Positions 22,973 through 34,615 of a DNA stretch of 64,000 bases are shown here, in pieces. The DNA lies in the NCBI RefSeq assembly GCF_041146345.1, contig NW_027191411.1:1-64000 (forward strand), written 5' to 3'. The first letter of the stretch is position 1, and each line of letters opens with the position of its first letter. The position numbers and the translations under genes were made by a program. Origin of the DNA: Neodothiora populina (lineage: Eukaryota). Under the pieces are notes generated by a model. It saw nothing but the letters and a program-made list of their open reading frames with translations. It was not told where the DNA came from and searched no databases.

Positions 22973-23869
22973 ATGGACGGTGCCTTGCGGTTGATCGCTC
23001 CACTGCCGCCGTTGCAGCCAAGGCAGTCGCAGTCGTCGCCGCCTCAGGACACTCACGACAGTTCCCACCCCAACGCAGCGCCCTTTCACACTCCCGTCTC
23101 CTCTGCTTCCACTTCCACTTCTGCCTGCTCCTCGCCTCCACACGACGTCCAGAGGTCACTGACGAGTCCCTTCTCCTTCCGGAGCTCCAGCTCCCGCTGG
23201 CTCGCCATCACCCACCGCGTCCCCTCGTCGCACTCGGCCTTTCTCTACGGCGTCAAGTCCACCAAGATCTATTGCCGCCCCACTTGCACTGCGCGTGTCG
23301 CCAGGAGGGCCAATGTGGTGTACTACGGTTCACAGGACGAAGCGCGTCGCGACGGGTTCAGACCGTGCAAGAGATGCAGGCCCGACGATGAGACGTTTGT
23401 CGGGGACCGCGAGGAGATGGTGGAGAAAGTCCTGACGCTTCTGCGGACACAAGAGATGGCCTCGACGGGCAAGGGAGGCCTGAAAGAGCTGGCCAAGCAG
23501 GCGGGTGTCACGCCGAGCTATCTCTGCCGCGTCTTCAAGTCCGTCATGGGCACCACGCTGGGCGCGTACATCAGTACATTCGAGTGTCAGGCCAAGCGGG
23601 ACGAGACACAGATGGCTCTTGACTCGTATAGCGAGAGCAGCAAGAGTCGCTGCGGCAGTGCATCGATTGGTGCGGGCGAATCAACAAGCCCCCTGACGGC
23701 GGTCGCTTCGGTGCAGAACCCATTCTCGCCAAATACAGACGATTTTGATCACTGGCCGGTAGATGGACAGTCGGCGCAGTTTCAGGACATGCTCGACCTG
23801 GACTTGGACGTGGATTTCGAGGAGTGGATATGGACCGCAGATTTCCCGCCTCCGAGCAATTGCAAATGA
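22973..23869 (+). CDS. Ada-like protein: Ada Zn-binding (methylphosphotriester repair) domain plus AraC-type HTH, intronless
   Basis: GVKSTKIYCRPTCTARVARRANVVYY...GFRPCKRCRP keeps all four Ada Cys, followed by LKELAKQAGVTPSYLCRVFKSVMGTT and an acidic C-terminus. The first ATG is at 22973. Confidence 0.88.
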   Translation: MDGALRLIAPLPPLQPRQSQSSPPQDTHDSSHPNAAPFHTPVSSASTSTSACSSPPHDVQRSLTSPFSFRSSSSRWLAITHRVPSSHSAFLYGVKSTKIYCRPTCTARVARRANVVYYGSQDEARRDGFRPCKRCRPDDETFVGDREEMVEKVLTLLRTQEMASTGKGGLKELAKQAGVTPSYLCRVFKSVMGTTLGAYISTFECQAKRDETQMALDSYSESSKSRCGSASIGAGESTSPLTAVASVQNPFSPNTDDFDHWPVDGQSAQFQDMLDLDLDVDFEEWIWTADFPPPSNCK

Positions 23870-24427
23870 CGTCTTGTTTTCATGGGAATGCAAGTGGCTG
23901 TAGGTTGACGAGTTACTTGATATTCCCTCACTACTTGCAGCTTAACTGCAACCACTTTGAGATTTTGCACAATCCGAATGCAATTTTCTCTTGCAAAGCC
24001 TTACAGACATTTTTTAGTCGAATCAAGCAGGATCTATCGCGTCACGATGACTCCCCAGATCTGTAGGGATCGTTGTTGATCCGTCTTGTGATGCGGCGAC
24101 GGTTTTCTACTAACAAATATACTGTACAGTATATACAACTACAACAATTACAAAGTTATACCCCGCTGCTAGACCCTTGATTATCCACTTTTCGGACTGA
24201 CCATTACCCACTCATCGGATAGCTTGAATAGCGGGGCGGCTGCTGCTGCTGCTGCTCATCTTCCCTTGGTCAACATTCCAACTTTTGTTCCTCCAAAAAC
24301 ACCAGTAACCTGTCGCTACCAAAGCACAGATTTCGAAAGGGAACATCCGCATCCCCGGGCATCTGACCAGTCCATCGATCTTGCTACAATACCCGAATGT
24401 TGTATTGTAGTCAACGCCGATCCCAAC

Positions 24428-25634
24428 ATGTCGCTCCCCTCGCATCTCCCCATGGCTGCTGCCGGGGGAGAGACCGTCCAGATGCCCTCGGTAGGCTACG
24501 GCACATGGGCTGCAGGTAAGTACTGACACTTACGCTTGCGTTGGTCAGCGCCTCAGACTTGATTCCATTCGCAGGCGGCACTGGTTGGTGCAAGGATGCT
24601 ACTTCGGCGGCTCTCAAGGCGGGCTATCGCCACTTGGATTGCGCATGGATGTATGGGGTAAGGACATGTTCATCATACTCTGCTTGGCCCTCCGGCTTTG
24701 TTTACTCACCCCTGCTTAGGTCGATGAGGAGGTCGGCGCTGCCATCAGAGAATCCGGTATACCTAGATCAGAACTGTTCATTACCTCCAAGTTCTGGCCT
24801 CATTTTGCTGCTCCCGAAAACTTTGAAATCTGCTTGGACCAAAGTCTCAAGAAAATGGGCCTGGACTATTTCGATCTCTATCTCGCGCATTGGCCAGTCG
24901 CATTCAAGCCTGTCGAGAGGGAAGCTCTGGAGAAGGCGGTTACCGGCCCGGACACCACCAATCTCCAAAAGGGCATGCAGGTCATTCCCGGTACAGACGA
25001 TGTCATCGTGGACTGGGAGCACACCTCGACCAACCTCGCCTCCCAAGCCGGTAACCTTTGACGTCATCTTACATAACGTTGCAGGCACTGATCTTCAATT
25101 CAAACCGGTCACGAAGGCGGCTTCGAACCAATGTGGCAGGCCATGCAGAAGCTCGTCGCCACAGCCAAGGTTCGAACGATCGGAGTCTCCAACTTCTCCA
25201 TCGCCGACATCAAGGCTCTCCTCCCTTATACCAAAGAGATAGCCATCTCCTGCTGCCAAGTGGAAGTCCATCCATGGCTACCCAACACGCAGCTGATGGA
25301 CTTTCTGAGAGAGAACGACATCCTGACAACATGCTACTGCCCCTTTGCTGGCCAGAAAGCCGACGGAGCTACCTTGATCCATGACCCAACTGTTCAACAG
25401 GTCGCGCAAAGCAGCGGCTTGGATGTCGGTCAACTTCTACAGAGTTGAGCTGTGCAGCGAGGCACAGTGCCACTGGGGAAGAGCGCGACAGAGTCTCGTA
25501 TAAAGTCGAACCTGAAGATACAGAAGCTGTCGCCGGAAGATATGAAGGCCCTCGATGATCTTGAGGTCCCTGACGGCAAGGGTCGGACAACTGGTCTCAC
25601 AAAGTCATGGGGCGTCAACTTGTTCTCGGACTGA
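24428..25634 (+). pseudogene. Aldo-keto reductase, probable pseudogene
   Basis: [35 protein letters not shown] and QVEVHPW are present. TGA at 25446-25448 replaces the conserved Trp in LQSWAVQRG. The intron-3 acceptor needed to keep frame reads CG instead of AG at 25106-25107. Confidence 0.8.
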
Positions 25635-26340
25635 ATTGCTGCTGCGCAAAAGCTCGAGGTGCGATCTGTTTGTGATGCTTCTGCCACAGCCAGGAGTCGT
25701 CTTTCCATCTTTTCATCTGCCCTCGACATCCTCATGCCCTCCATCGTCACGACGTTGAGCTTTCACATGACCAATGATCACGGGATTCGAGCTTTTCGGC
25801 TAGACTTCCATTCAGAGTAGAGGAATAGTTACCACGAACCTGATCTCACGTCGCGAGTCCGAGAGCTTGATGGTATCAGATATACTCATGATAACAATAA
25901 CGATACTATGAAAAGATGAAGTCATACGACGCTGTCAAGCACAACGCACCATAGATACCGCAACTTCGACTAGCTTCGATCCTCTCAACCTGCATATAAG
26001 CGCACTTGGAGACGGAAATGTCATGTCTCTCTATACCCGTATGCATGCTGACGCGGAACAGCTTTCAAAAACGTGAGGGGAAGTATTGCCTGCGTAAGCG
26101 CTATACCCTCTCTCTGTTGAATTGGACGAATCACAATCCACCACGAAAGCTTTTAGTCTTAATTGGAAATGACCAACAATCGCGACCCACTCCACTGGGA
26201 CAGGCTGCCTTCGACGATCATGATTTTGGTGGAGTTCTTGGAGTTATCGGAACCATCCCATACCCCACGTTTCTCTCACCTGTGTGATTCCAACGTGTTT
26301 GCTAGCGGCTACATACCTGTACTGTAGGACTTCCCACATC

Positions 26341-26388
26341 CGGGGTATGACCTGGGGTGCAGTCTGGGGCATGACCTGGGGTATGGGG
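26341..26388 (+). promoter_or_regulatory. Cluster of five GGGG tracts / SYGGRG (CreA-type) sites
   Basis: cggggtatgacctggggtgcagtctggggcatgacctggggtatgggg lies about 140-190 bp upstream of the transporter ATG. Confidence 0.55.
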
Positions 26389-26526
26389 TAGCATCAGACG
26401 ACTTATAAACGGCCACATTTCAAGAAGAAGCAATAGACATTGTCTTCCTGCTTCATCACAGCTTCTCTCTCTGTAGTCCCATACTTCACACTAGCTTCAC
26501 ATTGTTTGTCAAAAGTGGTCAGCATC

Positions 26527-28064
26527 ATGGACAAGAGCCTAGATGTCAACCATATTGAGGATACCCAAGTGATATCCGTCAAGGAAGAGGGCTTCTCCAC
26601 CGAATATGATGCAAAGCTTCATGCCTCTCTTAGACGCAAGATCGATCGGAGGCTTCTACCGCTCTTCTGCTGGCTGTATCTCCTGAATTATCTGGATCGG
26701 TCCAATATTGGAAATGCGAAAATCCTGAATCAGGAGACTAATGACTCCTTCCTCCAGAGTACTGGCATGAATGCCAGCGACTTCTCAATCACTGTCACCC
26801 TTTTCTCTATCTCTTATTTCCTCTTCGAGATTCCGTCTAATTGGGTTCTCAAGAGATACGTTCGCCCATCCATTTGGCTTGCGGCACTGATGGGTGGTTG
26901 GGGTATCTTGACACTTGGCTTCGCTTTCGTGAAGAGCTATGTACCCGTCGTTGTGGTAAGATTCTTTATCGGAGTCTTTGAGGCTGGATTCTTTCCAGGT
27001 AGGATCGAAAATTACATGAAGCTGAGCTTGTATCGTTGACTTCTGTCCCAGGAATGATATATGTCGTCACTTTTTGGTACAGAGAAGAGGAACGGGCAAT
27101 GCGTATCGCTGTCATCTCTGCATCTGGTAGCCTCGCGGGTGCATTTGGCGGAAGTATTGCTTATGGCGTTTCTCATATGAACGGAAAAGCCGGTCTTAAA
27201 GGCTGGGAGTGGCTTTTCATCATTGAGGGTGTACTTACCATCTTGTGTATCGCACTCGTGGTGATGTACTCTCCCGACTATCCCAGCACGGCAAAATGGT
27301 TGACGACCGAGGAGAGGGAAGTCGCTCAACAGCGAGTTGACGAGCAGAACGCTGGCTTTACCAGGGAACCTGCCACCCCTGCAGAAATCAAGGAAACCTT
27401 CGGTCTTCGCATGGTACTCCACTATGCCACTTACGTAAATACTCGGCCCGTTGGATTTTGTAAAGCGTACTTGCTGATATTGTGATAGTTCACAAACGTT
27501 GTGGTCTATCAAGGATTGGTCTACTTCTGCCCCTCGATCGTTGCAGGACTCGGTTACAATTCCATCATAGCCCAGTTGATGACCATTCCTCCTTGGGCTG
27601 TCAGTTATGTTGTTGCCCTCGTCCTTGCAAGGATAGCTGACAAGTACAACTGCCGAGGATACTGCACGGCTGTCGCTGCATTTGTCTCTGGCATTGCCTT
27701 CCTAGCAAGTTATCTTTTACCAGCTCATGCTTATGGGGCCAGATACGCCTGTTTAATGGTAGCCTTCTGCGGTGTCTTCCCAAGCTGCAATCCACTGATT
27801 GCCTGGGTCTCATGCAACTCACCCAGCCCAAGAACGGTTGGTTATGCCTTGGCAGCAAACAACTCTATGTCCGGACTCGCCTCGATAGTTGGTGTGTGGA
27901 TGTGGCGATCTAGTCAGGCTAAGCAAGGCTACCCAACGGGGAACTTGGTGTCCTGCATCTGCAGTTTCATCACTGGTGCTCTTGCTCTTGTTCTGAGATG
28001 GCAATATGGATGTATGAACAGGAAGAACGCCCCAGACTCGAACGCACGAGTCTGGGCATATTAA
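26527..28064 (+). CDS. MFS anion:cation symporter family transporter (Tna1/Dal5-like), 3 exons
   Basis: LRRKIDRRLLP, NYLDRSNIGNAK, FEIPSN, FEAGFFPG, FWYREEE, GWEWLFIIEG and AQLMTIPPW. Confidence 0.9.
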
Positions 28065-28768
28065 GCATTACGAGAGCAGAGCAGCCTCTTTTGAGCAATC
28101 GCAACGCATGATGATTGTGGTGATCATATCTCTCCTGGTAAGGAGCGGCCATTTTCCTTTCGCCTTTACTCGCCATGCTTTTCACGAATAGCCATCATTT
28201 CCTTTCTTCATCGATCACTTCCTGCTAGCAAAGAGGCATAATCAGTCTCGATACTCTCGTCTCTTGGGAGATCCAAAGTCGAATGACTGCGGAATCATGT
28301 TTACATTGCATCCCCAGCTTGTACTTTACAGCACCTGCGACAGCGGGCTGTCAAAATTCTTCGGATTCGAAAATGACATATAGATTGTCTAACATTGTGA
28401 GCCATGGATTGTCCACCTTCTATACAGCTTGAATGATTGGACACAGGACAGTTAAATGTTACACTCTGTGTGGATTACTAATGCGGTGGACAAATTGACG
28501 TCCCTTGAAAATCCAAGCAACATACCTTACCTTAGTGCTGTCCATGTGCGGGGTGGAAAAGATGAAACACATGGTATCTGACCGAGAAATCAGGTACAGT
28601 AACAGATAGAACAAGGTGGTATGCCTTATATCAATGGCTAAGTCCCACCTTAGGTCAGGGTTTTCCAGTGCAGTACCGTATCTTCGAAAACACGGTAACA
28701 CGATTTATTAATGATGATCCTGCAACAGAGCCTGGAAGCACATTCCTTTTTCATGTATTGTTTGCCTA

Positions 28769-29952
28769 CTATACTTGATCGGGCTGTATTAGGATCTTGA
28801 CATGCGCAGACCTGTTGTTCATGAGTTCCATGAAACCACCTTCGATGACGTTACTCAACGGAACGACAGAGGTTATCATCTGCTCGAAAGGTATCTTGCC
28901 AGTGGCCATGGCTGTGATCACTTGATCAAAGTCCTCTGGGGTGTAGCAGATTCCCCCCATCAAATTCTTCTCCAAAAACCCAACATCGTTGAGATTGAGT
29001 TGCAAAGGCTTTTCGTGGATAGCAACATTGTAGAAAGCGCCTCCAGCTTTCAAGGCTGCAAGGCCTGCGTCGAGGTTGGATTGAAGCCCGGTTGTGTCGA
29101 ACGAAACATCGACTCCGTCCTCTGTGAATTGATGAACTGCTTCCATGATAGGACTCACGGTCTCCCCACTAGTCACACCATTTGATGGTTTCCCAAGTGG
29201 ATCGACTACTACGTCTGCCCCGAATTTCTTAGCTTGGAGGGCGCGCTGCTCAGCAATTTCAGTGATGATAATCTTGTCCGCGTCCCAGACGCGAAGTAAG
29301 AGTAGAATAGCGAGTCCAATGGGTCCTGCACCCATGATCAAGGCGTTCTGTCCAGCTTCGAAGCCTGAGGTTCGTATACAGTGCCATGCTACAGCCAAAG
29401 GCTCGGCGAGAGCTCCAATCTTCAAACTCACACCCGCCGGAAGTGCAAAGACGTTATATTTGCTCACGACGATTTCGTCTGCAAATCCCCCTCCTTCGGC
29501 ATTGAGGCCATATGACGCGTAGCTTTTACAAATGTTGAGCTTGTTGTCATGGCAGCGAGAGCAAGATGGAAGTCCGTAGTGTCGATCGTCTAGTGCAGGA
29601 CTTACACTAACACTTTGACCAATTTGTAATTCGTGGACATCAGAACCAACCTCAACTATAGTACCAGACATCTCGTGTCCGAGCACAACTGGAAGGCCAA
29701 CATTCGTGAATTCGTTGACCGAACCCGGAGCAGGCGCAAAAATCGGACTGGCTAGATATTCGTGTATGTCTGTTCCACAAATTCCACAGTATGCAATCTT
29801 CAGACGCACTTCATCTGTACCACAAGGTCTGTATAAGATAATAATCAGAATTGCCCCTCACTTGCCATGAAAAAATGCACCCACATGGGATCGATGTTGT
29901 CGACTCGTATATCCTTCTTCCCGTATAGACGAAGTGCTTTGACGGGCCCCAT
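28769..29952 (-). CDS. Zn-dependent medium-chain dehydrogenase, 2,3-butanediol/polyol dehydrogenase-like (2 exons)
   Basis: MGPVKALRLYGKKDIRVD, CGICGTDIHEY, LGHEMSG, GALAEPLAVAWH, GAGPIGL and HVKILI. Confidence 0.9.
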
Positions 29953-30486
29953 TATAATCAGGAATTGATCCTTGGTAAATCAGACTGAGTGGAACAATTA
30001 GAGGACGCGCACAATGATATGATATTAAGTGATGGAGAAGGGCAGTTATATACATTTTCAGTGGTTACCTACCCCTCATTGTTGCTCTTTTCCCCCACAT
30101 CAGAGTGCAGATCGGCTTCATATCACATATGACCACCTTGCACTGCAGCCTCCCTTCATACTCCTAGATTGACGTTGTCAAGCATCATTCTTAGACACGT
30201 ATGCTCACCAGAATCTGGCATGTTGATTCTGTCTCGCAAGTCCACATGACAGGTCATGTGTCTCTTCACTCTCTCATTGCGCCTCTCAGTTTAGACGATC
30301 ACATACATGGCTTATGGTATTATTGCCAAGAGGAATAAAGCTGTACTGCAGGGACAACCCCCGGACCGTGAATCCGATACTTGTTGCTTACTTAGATCTA
30401 GAATAGAGCAATGCTGCTTCCCGGCATCACAAAGCTACCTCATCCAAAGGAAAAACTCGAGGAACTCATTAGACGTCTAGACTAAT

Positions 30487-31030
30487 TTAGCAGAGCCAAT
30501 TGCCTTCTTCATCCTCCCATCCGAATTCCAAGGCCGTCCACCCGAGTATCGTTTTCTTTCCGTCAAATTGATATGTCAACCCAGCTGTATCGGTGCTGAT
30601 TCGCAGCTTTCCGATCGTTTCATAGGCCTTGTTCATCATCCCCATCTCGCTATCGTCCAGCTTCACAAGTCTGATGTTCTCGTCAATTCGATGGGTTTTG
30701 CTGCTCTTTGGAATCACAGTAATGCCTCTCTGGACTGCCCAAGACAAAGACACAACGCCTGCAGAACATCCGTGGTGTTTCGCAATGTCGGTAAAGACCT
30801 GATTCGTCAAGATAGGGCTCGTTCCCACCGGGTACATGTCACTGCCCAAAGTGCTCCAACTTATGACCCTTATACCTTTTCCTAGGCAGTAGGGCACAAG
30901 ATTGAGATTTGGGTTCATGGCGTGCAGCTCCACCTCGTTCACAGCAGGAACGATATTTGCCCCTTCGAGCAAGCGGTCCAAGAGCTTCTGCGTAAAGTTG
31001 CTCACGCCAATAGCCCGACATTTCTTTATT
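30487..31030 (-). pseudogene. 5'-truncated aldo-keto reductase (C-terminal half only)
   Basis: The frame starts at KKCRAIGVSNF...PAVNEVELH...LSWAVQRGITVIPKS about 10 nt after the stop of the upstream gene. The N-terminal half with catalytic Asp/Tyr/Lys/His is absent. Confidence 0.8.
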
Positions 31031-31036
31031 GAACTA

Positions 31037-31610
31037 CTATCTCATCTCCGGTGCTGCCAGCGTGGCCATACGCTCGAAACTGACGTCTAGTATCTCTATG
31101 GCATTGCCCCACGGGTCTGCTGTGTACAGAGTCGTTACGCCTTTTCCCGTCGGATCGACTGCGACTCCAATACGTCTGCCTCCAGCTGCCACGACCTTCT
31201 CGGCAAGCTTCTCAGGCTCGGCGTCGGTCACGCAAGCATGGAAGAATCCGCCGCGGTGGTACTCGAAGCTTTGTTCGGGAAGATAGGTCTTCGGCTTGAT
31301 GAATTCGAAAAGCTCGAACCCCACACCGTTGCCGGTTGCCATATAGGCTAGCTTGACTTCATCGAGGCTCTCGGGATAGATGTCAAAAATTATCGCTCTT
31401 GGAGTCTCCGAGCGCTTGATATGGTGAACGAGGTTTCCAAGAAGCTGGAATCCAAAGATGGACTTGTAAAATTCGACGGCTGCCTCAATGTCGGGCACAG
31501 ATACGGCTACGTGGTTCAGTACACGGTTGTGCGTCTGGAATTTGTCAGTGGAACTCGTAATCGCAGCGCATGGCTATCATGTTATTGGAGATGCTTACTG
31601 TGTTTGACAT
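31037..31610 (-). CDS. Glyoxalase/VOC-superfamily protein (2 exons)
   Basis: MSNT|THNRVLNHVAVSVPDIEAAVEFY, GVGFELFEF, GFFHACVTD and DPWGNAIE, giving the H/E/H/E metal-ligand pattern. Confidence 0.88.
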
Positions 31611-32406
31611 GGTAAAGTAAGTCTTCGTGCAATATCACCTTCCATCGCGAGGTTCGCAAGCATGGATGTTATATTGTGCAACAAGGTGGGGTGACGCACG
31701 GCAATATGCAGGCAGTGGTTCGGAAAATTTTGGAGAGAGCCGTACCCCGACAAGAACCAGCTGGCAATTATTAATGTGTTGTCAATAATGCACAGTAACT
31801 CCTCCGAGGCTAAGCCTGGATTAGCTTTGAGCTTTCCATGCCAAATAGTGATCTGAAAATCTCGACATCTCAGGGAGGCTCTCTAAGGTATGGGTTCGCA
31901 GGACTCATTCTAGTGATCTCGATAATAACCCATGTTAGGGGATGCCGATTTCCAAAATCGTTGATACCAGTGGACATCTCGCGATGTGAGGGAGTCCATC
32001 TCATCGCAGGATATCTTAACGATCGCCAATCTTGACGAGAAGGACTAGATCAACGTTTTCTCCGGAAGTCTCCGTCCTCACCATTATCGGTTGCTACTAA
32101 CTTCAGCTAATAATGCATATGCAACATATCGCTGATAGTCAAATATGTCTTCATCGTCTCCACGATTTACAGCTTTTTACTATTGAGACCTTCATCTTGC
32201 TGATAAGGTGTTGACAGTGCTATTGGGAGAAAGAGGATATCGCTGTGCAACATTCCATTCTAGCCTGGAAACTTTGTTATAGAAGGTTATGTCCTGTTTA
32301 GCCCATCCAAAGATGACTCTCCTACTTTCACATCGGCAGCCCAACATGGGCAAGAATATATCCACTTTGGATCCGCTTCTCCACGACCGATAGCGATGAA
32401 CGTCTC

Positions 32407-34615
32407 TTAGTATTTCGCACTTATATCCAGACTCTGTACAATGGATCTTCCAGCTGCATCGTGCTCATTATCCCACTGTGCTACCCGATCGTTGCTCACT
32501 TTGACAAGATTATGGCTAGAAGATCCATCTTCCAAAACAATAACTTCCTGCTTGATCTCATATTTGCCTAATTTAGGCAGAACATAGATCCAGGTGAAGT
32601 AGTAGACGAAGCAGAGAAGTAAACTGCGAAATCTCAGTCTTGATTATCATGCGCAACGAAGTGTATATTACTTACATGGCAATGCCTGCAACACAGTATG
32701 TTGCATACCAGAAGCTCACATCTCCGCCAGTGGCGCCACCTGATGGAGGATACCACGGCATTATCAACAAATATGCATTGACGAGAATAGTGAAAACGAC
32801 TGCAGCGTCCCATGCGCGAAATTCTGAACGCGGTACTCCAAGTTTAGAGCGGCGGTAACGCACAATATAGAGTCCGACTGCCATGGCAAAACTGAAGGCT
32901 GCAGCGGGATAAGTCTGGAGATCAGTAACTAATATCATCAGTATCGCGGTATATCATTGCCAGCCATTAGATCTTACTGAAGTTGAACGCATCGCCAGCC
33001 GGAGGGGCCAAAATCATGATGACTGTCACAGCCCACTTCACAAAGTACGGGCCCAGTGGAGTTCCAAATGGCTTCGTAGAGGCCCAGAATCTTGGCCAAG
33101 GCAAGACACCTTGTCTGCGACTGGTCAATAAAAGTTTCATAATCTTACAATATAAGACAGTAGACCATACCTGCCACACTCTCGGATAACTCGACTTTGA
33201 CCGATTAGAACAGCAATCAGATTTCCGAACGCACTCAGTGCAATTAAGATGTTGAATGCCTTGACACCCTTCGAATCTCCAAAGACCTTGTGGAAGAACA
33301 AACTTGCTACAGTCTGACCAGAAGTCATGATCTCATGTGCAGGAACTTCTATGTGTTAGCTTCACAAAACGTACTGTCTGGGATGGAGATATGCACGAAC
33401 TTGCAGCAAAATAAGCAACGTTTGCAAGCACATATAATATGCAAGTAACTACCAGAGCTACAGATCCATTCACCTTGACAGTCTTGATGGGATTCTAGAG
33501 AGCCATTGCCATCAGTCAGCGTTGATTGTATAGAAAGATCCTTCTTGGCGTACCTTGACTTCATTCACGACGTTGAATGCGTTCTCGTAGCCAGCGTATG
33601 CAAAGATGATTTTTACCAGGGCATTTGTGAGCCCATAGCCCGTAGGCGTGGAACCATGGAAAGCATTTCGGAAGTTTGCCTTTGGGTCTTCGACTGGAGT
33701 GTGACCACCCAATACGACTAGTCCAGTAATACCGATGCTGCATTTGGTCATTGGCTTATGTTTCATCCTAGCGAGGTTCACGACAGATCTTACAATACCA
33801 GAGTCAATACTTTGATCAGGCCAATAGCATTGGAAAGGCGATATGAAAATCTGGTGTTGAAAACCAGGACTGTTGGCTAGGTCAGTATGAGTATTGAACC
33901 TCAGTCCAACATAACTCACGTAAAGTGGTAACGGTGTATGCAGCGATAGCCACACCTTTTTTCTCCCACGCACTTGGAGAATGGCCATTGACCTCAAATA
34001 GATACTGCGCAAGCACTAAGAGGATTGATCAGCCGAGGGCGCTCAATAGCATATTTCGAAAACATACCAATGGCATTTCCACTACTGAATGAGAGGATGA
34101 CGGTTTGTACAGCGAAAGCGATCGGGAAAAAGTATCTTGGTCGAGGAAATGCTTGCTCGAGATACACAACTTCTGCCCCAGATCTACTGGGGAAGTACGA
34201 TGCATACTCAAGATAAACGCTCAGGGAAGTGGCTGATGTGATCAACCCAATGACCCAGTATACTAGACTCAGACCCGGGGATCCAACACCTTTGAGGATT
34301 GTCGCAGCTGCGCAGAGAAATCAGATGCTAGTATGAAAAAGCATGCATGGCGAACTCACGGGTAGAGTATACTCCTGTGCCAATCATCTTGCTGATGTTG
34401 ATGAATATTATAGTGAATGGGCCAACTGCGAATCCCAGCGGAGACGAAGACTCGACAGGTGCTCCCGTGGCTTCTTGGTAAGACTCCTGGGCGCCATTGC
34501 CTCCTTTCTCGACAGTGTACTTCAAACCACCGCCGGGGGAGATGTATGTCGAGGCTGAATCAGTGATTTGCGAAGTCGCCTGTTTCCGGTTTGTCAACCC
34601 GCTTTCTTCACTCAT
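32407..34615 (-). CDS. High-affinity methionine permease-like (Mup1/LAT family), multi-exon
   Basis: SYQEATGAPVE..SPLG, KMIGTGVYST, YLEYASYFPSRSGAEVVYLEQAFPRP, FAYAGYENAFNVVNEVK and LAPPAGDAFNF. Stop TAA at 32407-32409. Confidence 0.88.

Noticed and set aside
25446..25448. In-frame TGA as selenocysteine or alternative genetic code
   Set aside because: The position is a conserved Trp, all other genes use TGG for Trp and TGA as stop, and a second lesion exists in the same gene
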